Shown here piece by piece: positions 1 through 11,747 of a DNA stretch of 64,000 nucleotides. The stretch spans positions 16,740,001 to 16,804,000 of the forward strand of contig CM120642.1 of NCBI GenBank assembly GCA_051362555.1, given 5' to 3'. The translations under genes were made by a program, and so were the position numbers. The DNA is from Lingula anatina. Taxonomy: Eukaryota; Animalia; Brachiopoda. A model generated the notes under the pieces. The model worked only from the letters and a program-made list of their open reading frames with translations, did not search any database and had not been told where the DNA came from. Numbering within the stretch: position 1 is the first letter of the stretch; every line of letters begins with the position of its first letter.

Positions 1-868
1 GTGTGTCTGGGAATGGACAAGACAGTTCTCATGCTAGCCCAGGTTTATGATTTAAATCAAGACTGCTGAGATTAGCTCATTACCTATGCCCGTGAAGGAA
101 GTTCATGTTTTCAGTGGCATTGGTTTGGTGTGGGTGTTTGTTAGCATTACATCTTCATAAGTTCTTTACAAATTTTAATAGTTTTCATATTGGACTTAAG
201 TATTTTAATCAGCAAGTTTAAAGGAATACACGTTATATTGGTACTTTAAATGGCTGATGGCTTTTTTTTTGTTAATTCTCTGATAGATGATGATGATGAT
301 GAAGATGAAAATAGTGAAAATGACAAAGATGATGCTGATGCAGAAGGCAAGGAACACAAAGTTAAGCATAAGCACACAGAAGAGGAGGAGGAAGAGGAGG
401 ATATTTTCAGCAGGTTAGAAGAGTCTAGGATTCAACTGGAAGAAGAACTGGGCTGTGATACCTTCTTGAAGGCTTATCAGACAGTACAGGTGAGTGGAGA
501 GACAGATGTGTGCACACACATACACACATGCACACACATACACACATGCACACACACACGTAAGAAAATAAGTAAATAAAAGTCAGACCCCCAAATTGTG
601 AATATTTGAATTTGACAGTTTTTTGAAATTTCAAAGATAAGCTCAATGGTTTTCTGGAAATTAAAGGAAACTTGCTTAATTTTGATACAAAAAGAAAACA
701 AAATTGTGCAGATGTCTTATTGTTTGGTCATTTAGGCAATCCATGAAGATGAGGATGAGAATATAGAAGATGGACAGAAAATAGTCACTACTATCCTGGG
801 CCATAGCAAGGAGCATTTATATCCAAAGATTTTACAACTGGTCATGGCAGATGGGGCCTTTGTGGAAG

Positions 869-911
<43 letters not shown>

Positions 912-1306
912 GTTGCATATTTGGTAACACATTTTCTGCTATGGACGAAAAAAACTTTTGTCTCAGTGGAATAAATCATCACAATTTCAAAATGGTGTTA
1001 AAGTTACAAATAAGGTTTTGTAAATTAGCTGTAATACTAGCAGCTGTGAGGTGGGTTACTTTTCATTTCCATATTAAAATGATAATTTTTTTTATTTTAA
1101 AGGGATAATAACTCTTTGTATGAGATCTATATTTCACAATAAAAACATTGTGAATAACTCATAGAAATATAATATATTTTGTTTTACCACAAAAACGGCA
1201 GTTATAGCTATTATTCTGATATCAGAGTTTGTCTTCAGACCACGTGACCTCCATTGATGGCTGTATTCTGTTATAATCTCTTAATTTGTTTTCAGATAAT
1301 GACTGA
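1..1306 (+). CDS. NEK1: NIMA-related kinase NEK1-like, C-terminal exons (5' part lies outside the window)
   Basis: Exons <1-42, 287-489, 736-868 and 1296-1306 are joined by phase-consistent GT-AG introns. They translate to ...[77 protein letters not shown], which matches the recalled NEK1 C-terminus ([10 protein letters not shown]...[22 protein letters not shown]). Confidence 0.88.
870..910. repeat. (TTA)n microsatellite directly after a NEK1 splice donor
   Basis: About 13 perfect TTA units; explains the poly-I and poly-L spurious ORFs. Confidence 0.95.
1130..1275 (+). repeat. Interspersed repeat fragment, shared with about 57155-57280
   Basis: gaaatataatatattttgttttaccacaaaaa...atagctattattctgatatc...cagacca(c/t)gtgacct occurs at both positions. 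Confidence 0.8.
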
Positions 1307-2738
1307 GGACCAATTTGACCTACATTCCTGTGAGAACATAGACCTAAAAATTCAGGATGGAGAGACTAATTTTTAATAAAAGAAAGATACTTGCTGTATC
1401 CACTTTACTTTTTACTAGCCTGTGTCATTAAAACTTGTCACAATTATTATTGATGTAAAGTAGATTTTTATTTGTTTGTTGAATTCCCCTTATGCTACAT
1501 GTATGCTATTAAGAATTTGTCAAAGACAATAAAGACTTCACATCAAAACCATTTCAGAATAATAATGATAATAATAATAATAGTTATGATTATGATAGTT
1601 TATTCAGCTCCTAATGGTACATTGTCACTTTTACCTGTTCTCATCGATGCATTGTTATAAATGGGATACCAGAAAAGTACAAACCATACACAGTGAATAA
1701 CAAAAAAAGACAACAGATACATTAGAATCATAATATTACGTTTTTAGTAATACTGATGGTCAATAATGTCTTTTATTTCCGTCCATTAAAAGCTATATTC
1801 TAGTTTAAATAGGTAAGTGTTTTTAAGTATAAGTGTGTGTGCCCTAATTTGCTTCCACATTGTTGCTTGATAATCAGTTTTTTTTTGTTTTTTTTCCTGT
1901 GGATAAACTACAAAGATAATCTGTTTAGTATAAATAAACAATTTTGGGAGGTTTGTGATGCTTTGTGATCCAGTATTGCTGGATATTATTTTTATTTACA
2001 TATTTTATATATTAAGTTTTTGCCTTTTTAGGCCTAAAATGAGTGTTAGATCTAGCATTTAAATGATTGAGGCGCGTCAAATTTTCTCCTCCATTAGTAA
2101 AAGCAGTAGCAGTAAAAGCAGAAAGCCATTCCACACTAAAAAGTAATTGAAGGTGTGTTCCCATTCAAGATGAGATGACCAAACTTGTCCTGAAAACTTA
2201 ACTGTATAAAGCCAGGATAAACACATTGGGGAAGTAAAAACTTGAATCTTGTAACTACAGAGAACATTGTGTGTTTATACCACTGTCTGGCATCACTAAA
2301 GGGTTCAAAGTTACATTTTACTACCCCCACCAAGTCTGCTATTTGAGAAAAACCCAAGAAAAACCAAAGCTCAGCAGATGTTAAATATTTATACAGGATT
2401 ATAAATACTGGTGTGCTAGCAGATGAATGACTGGGACAGTCTTATTTTTTATTTTTATTTATTTTTTTTCTGAATTATGATTGCACTCGATTGTATTGTA
2501 ACATAATATTGTTTTTTTACATTCCAATTATTATAACAATTCTGTCTAGAATGTGACTTGTCACCACTTTCTTTTGTACTTTGCACCCTCCCAGATAAAT
2601 AAATGTTTTTTTTTTAATGGCAAGTTGTTTGTTTCTTACTCCAATGTTTAGAGTTCATGATGTTATGTCAGGTCTAGAACCTGCCAAATGATTTCTCTCT
2701 ACATGTACCAGGATCCGCAGATTGATACACAGATATGG

Positions 2739-3050
2739 CTCTCTGGCTAATTTTTGAACTAGGACAAGCTTTTCTCTACTGTGATCCAGGGAGGATTTTA
2801 GTATGGAATTGATGTCATCACTCAACTGGCCTCGTATTAGTCTAACTCTAACACAAAATCGATGTCTCCTTATTTCGGCATATGACTGGGTCACTTAACA
2901 CTAGCATAGTAAAACTAAATTAAACACAAAGTGGAGATAATACATGAGCTGTATGGCATCTACTTAACAACATACATATTGCTACATCAACAATGGATTA
3001 AGATTTATTTGGAAACTATGGGAGATATATGCTTTATGATTATGTAATAA
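2739..3050 (+). repeat. About 310-bp direct repeat, copy 1 (copy 2 at 4029-4342)
   Basis: ctctggctaatttttgaactaggacaagc...tatgctttatg(a/g)ttatgtaataa recurs at an offset of about 1290 bp. Confidence 0.9.
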
Positions 3051-4028
3051 AAAATGCATTTGCTATATTACACCCAGCAGATAGACTGAAAAATGAGAGA
3101 GAATTATGCTGTTCTCTCGTTAATGTCAGTGACGGGGACAAAAACGGAAAAGGTCAGAATTTAAGTACCGGTCTATTTAAGAGTTTGCATATTACAGTGG
3201 ATATTAAAAGTCATACATGAAAATAATATTTGCATATATAGCTCCTTGTGTTAGATACGTGTGTGTGTGTGTGTTTATATTTGTTCAAAAACGTGATTAG
3301 GAAAGGCCCTCAGGCCCATGGAAGTTCAAAGTCACTCTTTGAATATGCCTTGATGTGAAAAATGAACATGTCACAAAAAAAGCAAAACTTCAAAAAGACA
3401 AGATAGAGAATAATAAGTAAAATGCTCTTCCTTTTATTGTGCTTTTGTTTGTGTCCATTTTGGTACAATATTTACTTAATACTGCATTTAAGAATTCTGA
3501 GAAACTCTGAGAAAACCTAGGTGCTATGGACAAGTAATTTTTGACCACTTAAGAGTTAACTTGGGTCATAACTAGTCCCCCCCCCCCAGGACAATCCCCC
3601 AAGATGATCCCCCTAAAAGAATCTTTATTTATATACAAATATAAAGTAAATGGTGTAAAGTTCAAAACATTTCATCCATTTATTAATGTTTTTAGTTTGA
3701 TAATGCGCTTCCATCATTAGACAAATAATTTTATAACCAATTCCTTTCCCATTCAGTAAATATCTAATAAAAGTAAAACCACCTATCCTGTGAGAAAATC
3801 TACTACCCCACCTCTCCCTAAAGATGCAACTTGATTGAAGACGGGCAAATTAATCAAGGGGGGGGGGGGTGATGAAGCAATTAAAAGTAACAGATAATCC
3901 ATCAAAGGGTTACCTGGATGAGTGAGATCATCTGTTTACCCACCCATACCAGGAGATATGATCTGTTCAGACTTTTTTATTAAAATTTTTCGTACTTTTA
4001 TTTCTAAAGGTTTCTCTCTGGCTAGCAT

Positions 4029-4342
4029 CTCTCTGGCTAATTTTTGAACTAGGACAAGCTTTTCTCTACTGTGAGCCAGGGGCGATTTTTGTATGGAATT
4101 GATGTCATCACTCATCTGGCCTCATATTAGTCTAACTCTAACACAAAAAAATCGATGTCTACTTATTAAGTTGTGTGTGACTGGTTTACTTGATACTAGC
4201 ATAGTACTACTAAAACATAAAGTGGAGATAATACATGAGCTGTATGGCATCTACTTTGCAAACATACATATTGCTACATCAACAATGGATTAAGATTTAT
4301 TTTGAAACTATGGGAGACATATGCTTTATGGTTATGTAATAA
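4029..4342 (+). repeat. About 310-bp direct repeat, copy 2
   Basis: Aligns by eye end to end with 2739-3050, with scattered substitutions. Confidence 0.9.
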
Positions 4343-5007
4343 GTAGCATCATCGTAGATGGCATATAGCACAATTCTCGTAGGGGAATTGCTCGGTAGAA
4401 TAGCGATGATCTTGATAATGCTTAAACTTGTTGTTGGTCTCTTTCTCTTCCACCTTTGGTGGTTAAATACAAGGCATAACAAAAGTGCATATTATAAAGA
4501 TGTTTAAAACGCATTGTAATTCCCTTGTATTAATTTGAAATCGTGCTTTTCCTTATTCTGACCACATGGGTGAAAAATCGTAGGGGACTATGCCGACAAC
4601 GTCTCGTTCTTCAAGGAAGCTTCACGAAAGACTTAAGGCAACTGCACTGAGGCTGATACATTCTTTAAAAAGTTCATTAGTCTGGTAGCGCCCCTGACAC
4701 GTGCAGGACCCTGTACGATCTCTTTTTGTCCAAAAATAAAAAGGCATCAAAGTCAATCGAAGAAAAAGCACTTCTTACGATGTCAAAAAAAAATGTTGAA
4801 ACAATGTTGAACTTCAACGTTGACAAGACGTTGGATTAACATTGGATTTGAAAGTTGGATCAACGTCAAATAACGTGGTATCGACGTCAGATAACAACAT
4901 TGTATCAACCCCAGTTGTCAGACAATATTCTTGGATGAAAAGACATTTTAAAAAATGACCTGAAATGTTTTTTCTGTTCAAAAACACTTGACAGGTTAGT
5001 GACAGGT

Positions 5008-5470
5008 TAGTTTCGAGCCAAGGATTCTTGAGACGAATTAGTAGGCGCTAACCGCTGCGCCACCAGCGTTGTCCGAAAGCAATCTCATTTGTTGGCATAC
5101 TTACCTGTACGCTTTATTTTTTGACTTGCACATTTTAAAGCAGTCACAGGAACGTTAATGAACAAATAAGTTGTGCAAAACTTTAGATGGCCGTGTGGTA
5201 GGGTCAACTGAATGCAAGTCAAAGGACCCTGGATCGCAAGTCGGCCAGGAATCCGTTTGTTAATCTTTCCAGTTTTGCTATGGCTTTTTTTCTACCCCCC
5301 TTTTTACCACAAATAAATAAACCCCATACAACCCGATTATGCTTATTAAACATCCAATCTCTACCGTACGGCGAGGACGAAAAGTCCACCGCTCGTTGTC
5401 TGCAAATAAATGTCCTAGGCCGGAGATTTAAAGTCCCTGGCTGTCTTGCCATGCTGTAGAGTGGGCCAAG
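5008..5470. mobile_element. Degenerate tRNA-derived (SINE-like) sequences
   Basis: On the minus strand, 5066-5010 reads tggtggcgcagcggttagcgc...ggctcgaaac (A-box and B-box-like). On the plus strand, about 5185-5250 reads tggccgtgtggtagggtc...ggatcgcaagtc. Neither gives a clean cloverleaf. Confidence 0.4.
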
Positions 5471-6237
5471 TTTGAATTTATTTTAATATTTCAAAAACGA
5501 TTCTGGCTAACAGAGAATAATGACGCTTTATAAAAACATATCTGTGAATATCTGTGGATAATCAATGTGTCGCCCTGGTAGAAGGTTAGTGTGAATGTTA
5601 ACCTGACTGGCAGGTTTCCTAGTAATCCTATCTTATTGGCACCCCTTGAATAACAATCACATTATGAGAAGCTTAAGCAGCCGTTTTAAGCGGATATGTT
5701 TTGTTTACCTTAAAAACACGGTCATGGTACACATGCAAGGGTTCAAATGAAAACAATTTTTTTACTTTGCCCATAATCTAAATACTGTTTCTTAGTTCTT
5801 TTTCAACGGGTATCAAAAGGTTTTTAGGTAAGAGTGACGTAGCCACATTGTCAACACTCCGATTAACTAGATTCCTAGGAAGCCAAATTAATCAAAGACA
5901 AACTACAGGTGTAGGTACAAGTAGGCGACTGACGTCAAGTACAGTGATTACCTGATCTTTTTGCTGGGCAAGATTGTCAAACTTCCACATACCTAATTTT
6001 ATAATCCCAAAAATGATATCTCTCTATTTCTGCATTTGTGGTGCTTTTATTGCGTAGAATAGGACTATAGAGTTTCCCGCTTTTAATTTTGTTGCTACCG
6101 CTCAACAGGAATGTTCTAATTATTAAAGAATATGACTAAAAGATTACAGTACAGTACGTGTATCTGTAAAATTCATAATTTCCCCATGGAAAAAGATCGA
6201 GTAATTACCATAGCCTCAGACTGAGTTGTACCACCTA

Positions 6238-6405
6238 CAGGCCCGTAGCCAGCAATTTCAAAGGGGGGGTTCTTTTTCTGAAAAAGTGGACCTTTTAACG
6301 AAAAATCCCCATGTACTTATGTCAAATTTTACCCAGAGTGGACCTTTTTCAGCACAAAAGGGGGGTTCTTTTGAACCCCCCGAACCCCCCCTGGCTACGG
6401 GCCTG
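6238..6405. mobile_element. MITE, 168 bp, perfect 15-bp terminal inverted repeats
   Basis: caggcccgtagccag ... ctggctacgggcctg, flanked on both sides by accta. A related partial copy ends near 33920. Confidence 0.88.
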
Positions 6406-6650
6406 ACCTATCATAATATTACAATACATACATGTATATGCCCATGCTAAGTTAATGTTTAGAAAATTTCTGGCGTAGAGAGACTAAATGTAACTGAACA
6501 TGAATTCAGTGTTCAATAGACTTACATGTAGTACAGTTTTTATTTAATAAATATGAACATTTTCTTATCCTGATGGGCAAATTCTTTAACATAGAGTACA
6601 CTGTACTAGGGGACCCTGGGGCACGGGTAATTGCAGTAATTATGCTATTT

Positions 6651-6900
6651 TAGGGGCGGATCCAGGATTATTTGAAGGGGGGGGGGGTCCGCAGATGCAA
6701 AGACGACCCCCCCCCCCCCCCTCATTGGCGTTGGAAAAAATTTAGTATTTTAGAGGGCGAGCGGTGCCATTTGGTAAGGTTTAGAACTATAATTCAGCTA
6801 GTTAAAATTCTAATTTCAAAAGGGGACCATTGGTGTGATTTTTTTTTTCAAAAATCGAAGGGGGGGAGGTGGGGACCCTCCCCCTCTAAATCCGCCACTA
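6651..6900 (+). mobile_element. MITE, about 250 bp, G-tract family
   Basis: Ends taggggcggat ... atccgccacta. The internal sequence matches the reverse complement of 52850-53087 and 50632-50680. Confidence 0.8.
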
Positions 6901-8899
6901 CTGTTTTGTTGTGGCCATTGAATGCATATGCCTCGAATGTATATGCCTGCAAAATGGCGAAGCTGGTTGGGGGTTTCAGCAGTTGAGGTCAGTGACAGAT
7001 CAGATCAGATCAGATCAGATGTGATCTTATGCAAGAGGAAGACATACAACACGGCTCAATATTGCACACGCGGGCTTTCAGAACTAAAAGCTTGATATTA
7101 TTTTCATGTTTACTATAAAAGCTAGAGGGTACTGAAAACTCCAAGATGTTGCTCAATTTATGAGCAGCAGTGAGAATAAATGTTCCAAATCCCAATAACT
7201 ACATATCCATGTACAGGTTAACAAACAAAATCCAATAAAGATTCACTTTTAAGTCATCTAAAAGACTCAACACGTTTTACCTCGTAGAAATATATATCAA
7301 ACGTAGAAAACAGATGTAATCATAAGCATTAAGTACTATCACTTGGAAATTAGACAGATAAATGGATGCATCCAAAAGCCAAATACATTTTGCGGTCTTG
7401 GCATGAACGACTCTGAACTCTTCGTCGCATTTCACCTAATTATTGCTTTGGATAACCGTCATATTATGGTTTCATAACGCATGGAAAATTGTCCTCCAAA
7501 CGTTCGGGTGTTCTTGTTGTTGAAAACTAAATAAAACTATCAACTTTTAAAATGGGATTTGCATAGGTGGAGGGTCCGAATGTAGATTCTTTGCGATTAC
7601 TTTATTCGGGAGACATGTCAAACATCACCAGTAGGAATAAACTTTTGCTTCATGTTTCTTTTTCAGGTATACATGTATCATTGATTATAAAAATAATAAT
7701 GTAGGCCTACAACTTTGACAAGAAATGAATATCATTTTCACCCCCTTAAAGTAAATATACACAAAAAGCAGGAAAATCAGTGTTGTGGGGAGAGCATTCG
7801 ATAATTTTGGATTTAAAGTCGGGTGTTCTCTAAACCTAAGATCTAATATACGGATATATATGGTATATTAGATCTTAGTCTAAACTAAAGGCTTCCCTGG
7901 TCTTAGTAATGTTGTTCTGCTTTGTGTCGAGAATTGTAAACATAAAGCCTATGTCAATCCTTTGGTCAGCGCTTGACGCATGTTCTCCGCAGTGGTGGAG
8001 CTATCTGTTGTCAATTATCTTTGCTATTTCGTAAGGAAATTACCTACACTTTCCAAACGCCTAACTTGCTCAAATGCTTTAGATTAAAATATTTTCGTTA
8101 CCCACAAAATATTACTTAGAAGCAATCCAACTTGTGGAGACTACTGAATCAGAGTTTTATAATTGCTTACAAAACAACACTTCGGTGAAATTGTTAATTT
8201 ATTTTGTATGAATTTAACGAGTAATTGCTGCAATTCAATAGTTCAATTTGGTTGCCTGACAAACCGATTTGGGAGCTGTCAAAGCGTATGCAGTAGAATT
8301 AGTGCCTCTCCAATGTCCAGAAGTGGTGTCATCCTAAGGGTCAATATTACTGATGAGAGTTACTGGACAGAAACTTTTGTCGTCCCTCTTTTATCACATA
8401 GCATTGGCAAGAACCCTTTATTACCCTTTTTCTTCTTGAAGTGGGCAGCTGAGGCAGATCTTCAGAGGCCAAGTTTGTTGCGTGCCTTGCGACTTCGACA
8501 GAACGCTGAGGACTGCTTTGTCGCGAACTGCGTGATATAAAGAAACCTGATAGGCCTCGAAGATAATCTTTCTTCTATTACGTATCATATCAAAAAAGCG
8601 CTATTTTTGCAGTTACAGTAATTGTTGCTTTTGTGAATTCTAAGTCACTTGTCATCGATCCAATTTCGCTATTATAAACACAGGAGGACACTCGCGATAC
8701 AACAAGCTTAGCATTTTTAAGACTGAGCAGGCTCGACAGCATTGCCAATTAAAGGGCGCCAACCAACGCCATTGCTTGATGAACACAAACAAGAATCTGA
8801 TTCGGTGAGATCTGAATATAAAAGTAAGCTTTTCAGGGAATATGTATATGTTGCCGAGTGAATCTGAGAGTGTTTACGGTAGATATACCTGGGCGCAAG

Positions 8900-10219
8900 A
8901 TGTCGAATCAAACTATGGCAGAGGTTGACTTCATCAACAGCACGGAGGATTTTGATTTGGAACAGGCTTCTACGGAGACACGGTCTTGTAAAGGAATTGC
9001 TTGTCTTCCTTTCATTACTGTAGAGGTAATTTTAGCTATCCTTGCAATCTTGGGCAACGTTTTCCTCATTGTCGCTTTTGTAAAATTCAAAGAACTTCGC
9101 CATAGATCAAACTTCGCAATCGTGAGCCTCGCCGTCGCAGATTTGCTCACGGGCGCTATTTGCATACCGTACAACATACTAACGGCTTATCTGATTGAAA
9201 GCCTCCCGTCTCTGCGTCATCTATCATTTGACAAGTACACATGCCTTATGAAAATATGTATCTTCAGCATTATGATGGAGGTCTCTTTCTTGCATCAGGT
9301 GCTAATAGCATTTGAAAGATTTATGAAGATTTGTCGACATGTTCAATACCCGACATGGGTGACAAGCAAAAGACTTATAATTACTATTTGGTGCACGTGG
9401 TTGTACACAATATTCATCAATCTCCCCCCGCTGTTTGGTTGGAACAGTTGGTCTCCCGGCGTAGAATGCAGATCGAGTAAAGTTCAAGCGGATTTCGTGC
9501 GCTACATCATTATTCCCCACCAGCCGATATGTCTTCTGGCAGCGTTCGGGTTCTACATCGCCATTTTCCGCTATGTTCAGCAGCAAAAAAGAAAGATCGC
9601 GAGTTACACAAACTCTGAAAGCTGCCATCAAACCAAGGAGCGTGATCACATTGGGCTTGGACGAGAAGTGGACCGCCCAGACTTTTCGCTGCCTTCAACC
9701 TCGAAAACGTCTGGGACTCCTCTGACTGATATTGCAGCGTGTTCTTCTAAAACTCCGCCGATAACACGGGTGGAGCCTTTATTCAGAGCTGAGCCCAAAA
9801 GTCCCGCGATGTTAGATGCTCCAACAAAGGGAAAAGGAAAAGGAAAACGGTCAGCTCCGACTACTGTTGTCTTTTTAAAAGAAAATCCACGGCCACGAGA
9901 AGATCGTCAAAATTCTCCTCCCGCCGCTCATCAGCATCGCGCCAAGCCTGCAAAAGCCGCCAAAAATGTAGAAGTGAAGGTAGCAAAGATGACGTCACTC
10001 ATCCTTGCCAGTTTTACGTTACTCTTCATACCATCTGTGACACTATTTTTGTGCGAGAAGTACTTTAGAAATAATAGATACACCTTTAATATTCTTTTCA
10101 ACATTACTATTGAATTTATCTGCCTCGGGTCTGTCATTAATCCCTTTATTTACGGAATGTTGAATAGGAATTTCAGGGACGCATGCTTTAAATTATTAAG
10201 ATTGGATCGCTTCGGTTAA
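8900..10219 (+). CDS. Intronless rhodopsin-family (class A) GPCR, adenosine-receptor-like orphan, 439 aa
   Basis: Seven hydrophobic segments with TM1 GN, TM2 SLAVADL, TM3 C...IAFERF, TM4 W and PLFGWN, TM5 Y..IF, a long ICL3, TM7 NPFIY and helix 8 NFR. N-terminal N-glycosylation sequons NQT and NST. First ATG is at 8900; the track ORF starts at a GTG. Confidence 0.93.
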   Translation: MSNQTMAEVDFINSTEDFDLEQASTETRSCKGIACLPFITVEVILAILAILGNVFLIVAFVKFKELRHRSNFAIVSLAVADLLTGAICIPYNILTAYLIESLPSLRHLSFDKYTCLMKICIFSIMMEVSFLHQVLIAFERFMKICRHVQYPTWVTSKRLIITIWCTWLYTIFINLPPLFGWNSWSPGVECRSSKVQADFVRYIIIPHQPICLLAAFGFYIAIFRYVQQQKRKIASYTNSESCHQTKERDHIGLGREVDRPDFSLPSTSKTSGTPLTDIAACSSKTPPITRVEPLFRAEPKSPAMLDAPTKGKGKGKRSAPTTVVFLKENPRPREDRQNSPPAAHQHRAKPAKAAKNVEVKVAKMTSLILASFTLLFIPSVTLFLCEKYFRNNRYTFNILFNITIEFICLGSVINPFIYGMLNRNFRDACFKLLRLDRFG

Positions 10220-11446
10220 AATAGTGTTTGTGGATCAAAATTTTTGTTACATGAAAACTTGACATAAACATCTGATAAAAATGTAAATAATTTTTTGGGG
10301 AGAGGTTCATACTTAAAGGGCAGAAAAGTAGGCTAATTATGGTGTCACAAAAATAAGACCAAGCGTGAGGTACCTTTACTTCTAACAGTGTATTAATATA
10401 AGGGAAGGATAATGGCTTAGTTGTGATCTTACTTGACGTTTTCTATATTTTTCGCAGGATTAGCTGTTCCAATAATTTGTACCCTGCTGATTAATCTAAC
10501 CTACTGTAACATTTTAAGACCTATGGTAATTAGTTCTTTTTTCTGTTGGCTATCTGTGAATATTTGTAAATAGAATTTACAGTAATCAACTCAAATTTAA
10601 AAATGTTCATTTCCACGAAAAAAAAACAGGTGTAAAGTAATATTTCTATTCACAAGCCTCACATAGATTTAGATGTTATTGCATTTTAAGTGTTCATTGC
10701 AATTAGTTTCTAATTAGTTTCTCTGTATATTAACGTATTTACAGGTCTTAATAATTTCCTTTGTTTATGTCTTTATGTTCCTTTGAATGTTATGATATAT
10801 ATATATATATATATTAGAAAAACTTCACGCTAAAATAGTTTCATGTAGTGTGTGCTAGAGTTGAAGGAAAATTTAACAATAATTGAAAAGGTTTTCTGGA
10901 TATAATATATATCGTGCCTTTGTGAAAAGAGAAATCAATATCAAAAAAACTTCAGCGCATCCGTAAGGTGATACATGTATGAAGTATTAAGCAACGCAAA
11001 TAATGAAAGCTTTTTTTTTTTTTTTGCCGAGTGTGCTTTGCAGAAAGACGTTTATGATAATAACATAATGACTGGAATGAGAGGATATTCAAATTATATT
11101 ATGTTACTCAGTGACAGCCTGTTCAAAGGCATGCAACACTTTTTTATAGCAATAAGTTTTTTTTTTTTTTTTGAAAATTTTAGCAATTTTATCTCTATTA
11201 AAAGATGAAAAAATTATAGTTTATATACAGTTTTGGAACTTTCCATTTCTGTTTTTTACTGTTAAGAGTTAAACTAGCGTCTCCATCTACATTTAAAGGG
11301 CCTCAAATATTAGAATGTTATATATATATATACCTATTTTATATCATTAATTTTTGTAGGTATTTTTCTTTTTGTCAACTTTCTGTTTCAGTCAAAGAAT
11401 AAACCATGTACAGGCACAGAAAATGTTTCAGACTGCTTTGTACTCT

Positions 11447-11452
11447 TTTATT
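11447..11452 (-). terminator. Candidate TAF1 polyadenylation signal AATAAA
   Basis: tttatt on the plus strand about 300 bp downstream of the TAF1 stop. Motif and position only. Confidence 0.45.
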
Positions 11453-11626
11453 ACAAATATTATTTACATTTTTTTCTGCTAACATATCTTGAACAACGAT
11501 TGATAAAAAAGCCTTTTGTTATATGTTTACAGACTGAATATTTGACATGAGAAAGTTTTAAAGATATACTTATATTTATGAAATTTCAATTGCTACAGAA
11601 TTTCTTTCCAGCATGATAATCATTTT

Positions 11627-11730
11627 AAGTAACCTTTGAAAAATATCCCTTTAGATCACTCTACAATTAAAAATTTTGTTTTAAAGTAACCTTTGAAAAA
11701 TATCCCTTTAGATCACTCTACAATTAAAAA
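11627..11730. repeat. About 57-bp tandem duplication in the TAF1 3' UTR
   Basis: aagtaacctttgaaaa(a)tatccctttagatcactctacaattaaaaa occurs twice. Confidence 0.9.
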
Positions 11731-11747
11731 AAAATTGTATCACTTTT

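Noticed and set aside
732-1108. Signal-peptide-like poly-Leu and poly-Ile ORFs
   Set aside because: Artefacts of the (TTA)n microsatellite overlapping a NEK1 exon and intron.
8340-8385. Hammerhead-like ctgatga...gaaa core
   Set aside because: No convincing stem II or flanking stems could be paired.
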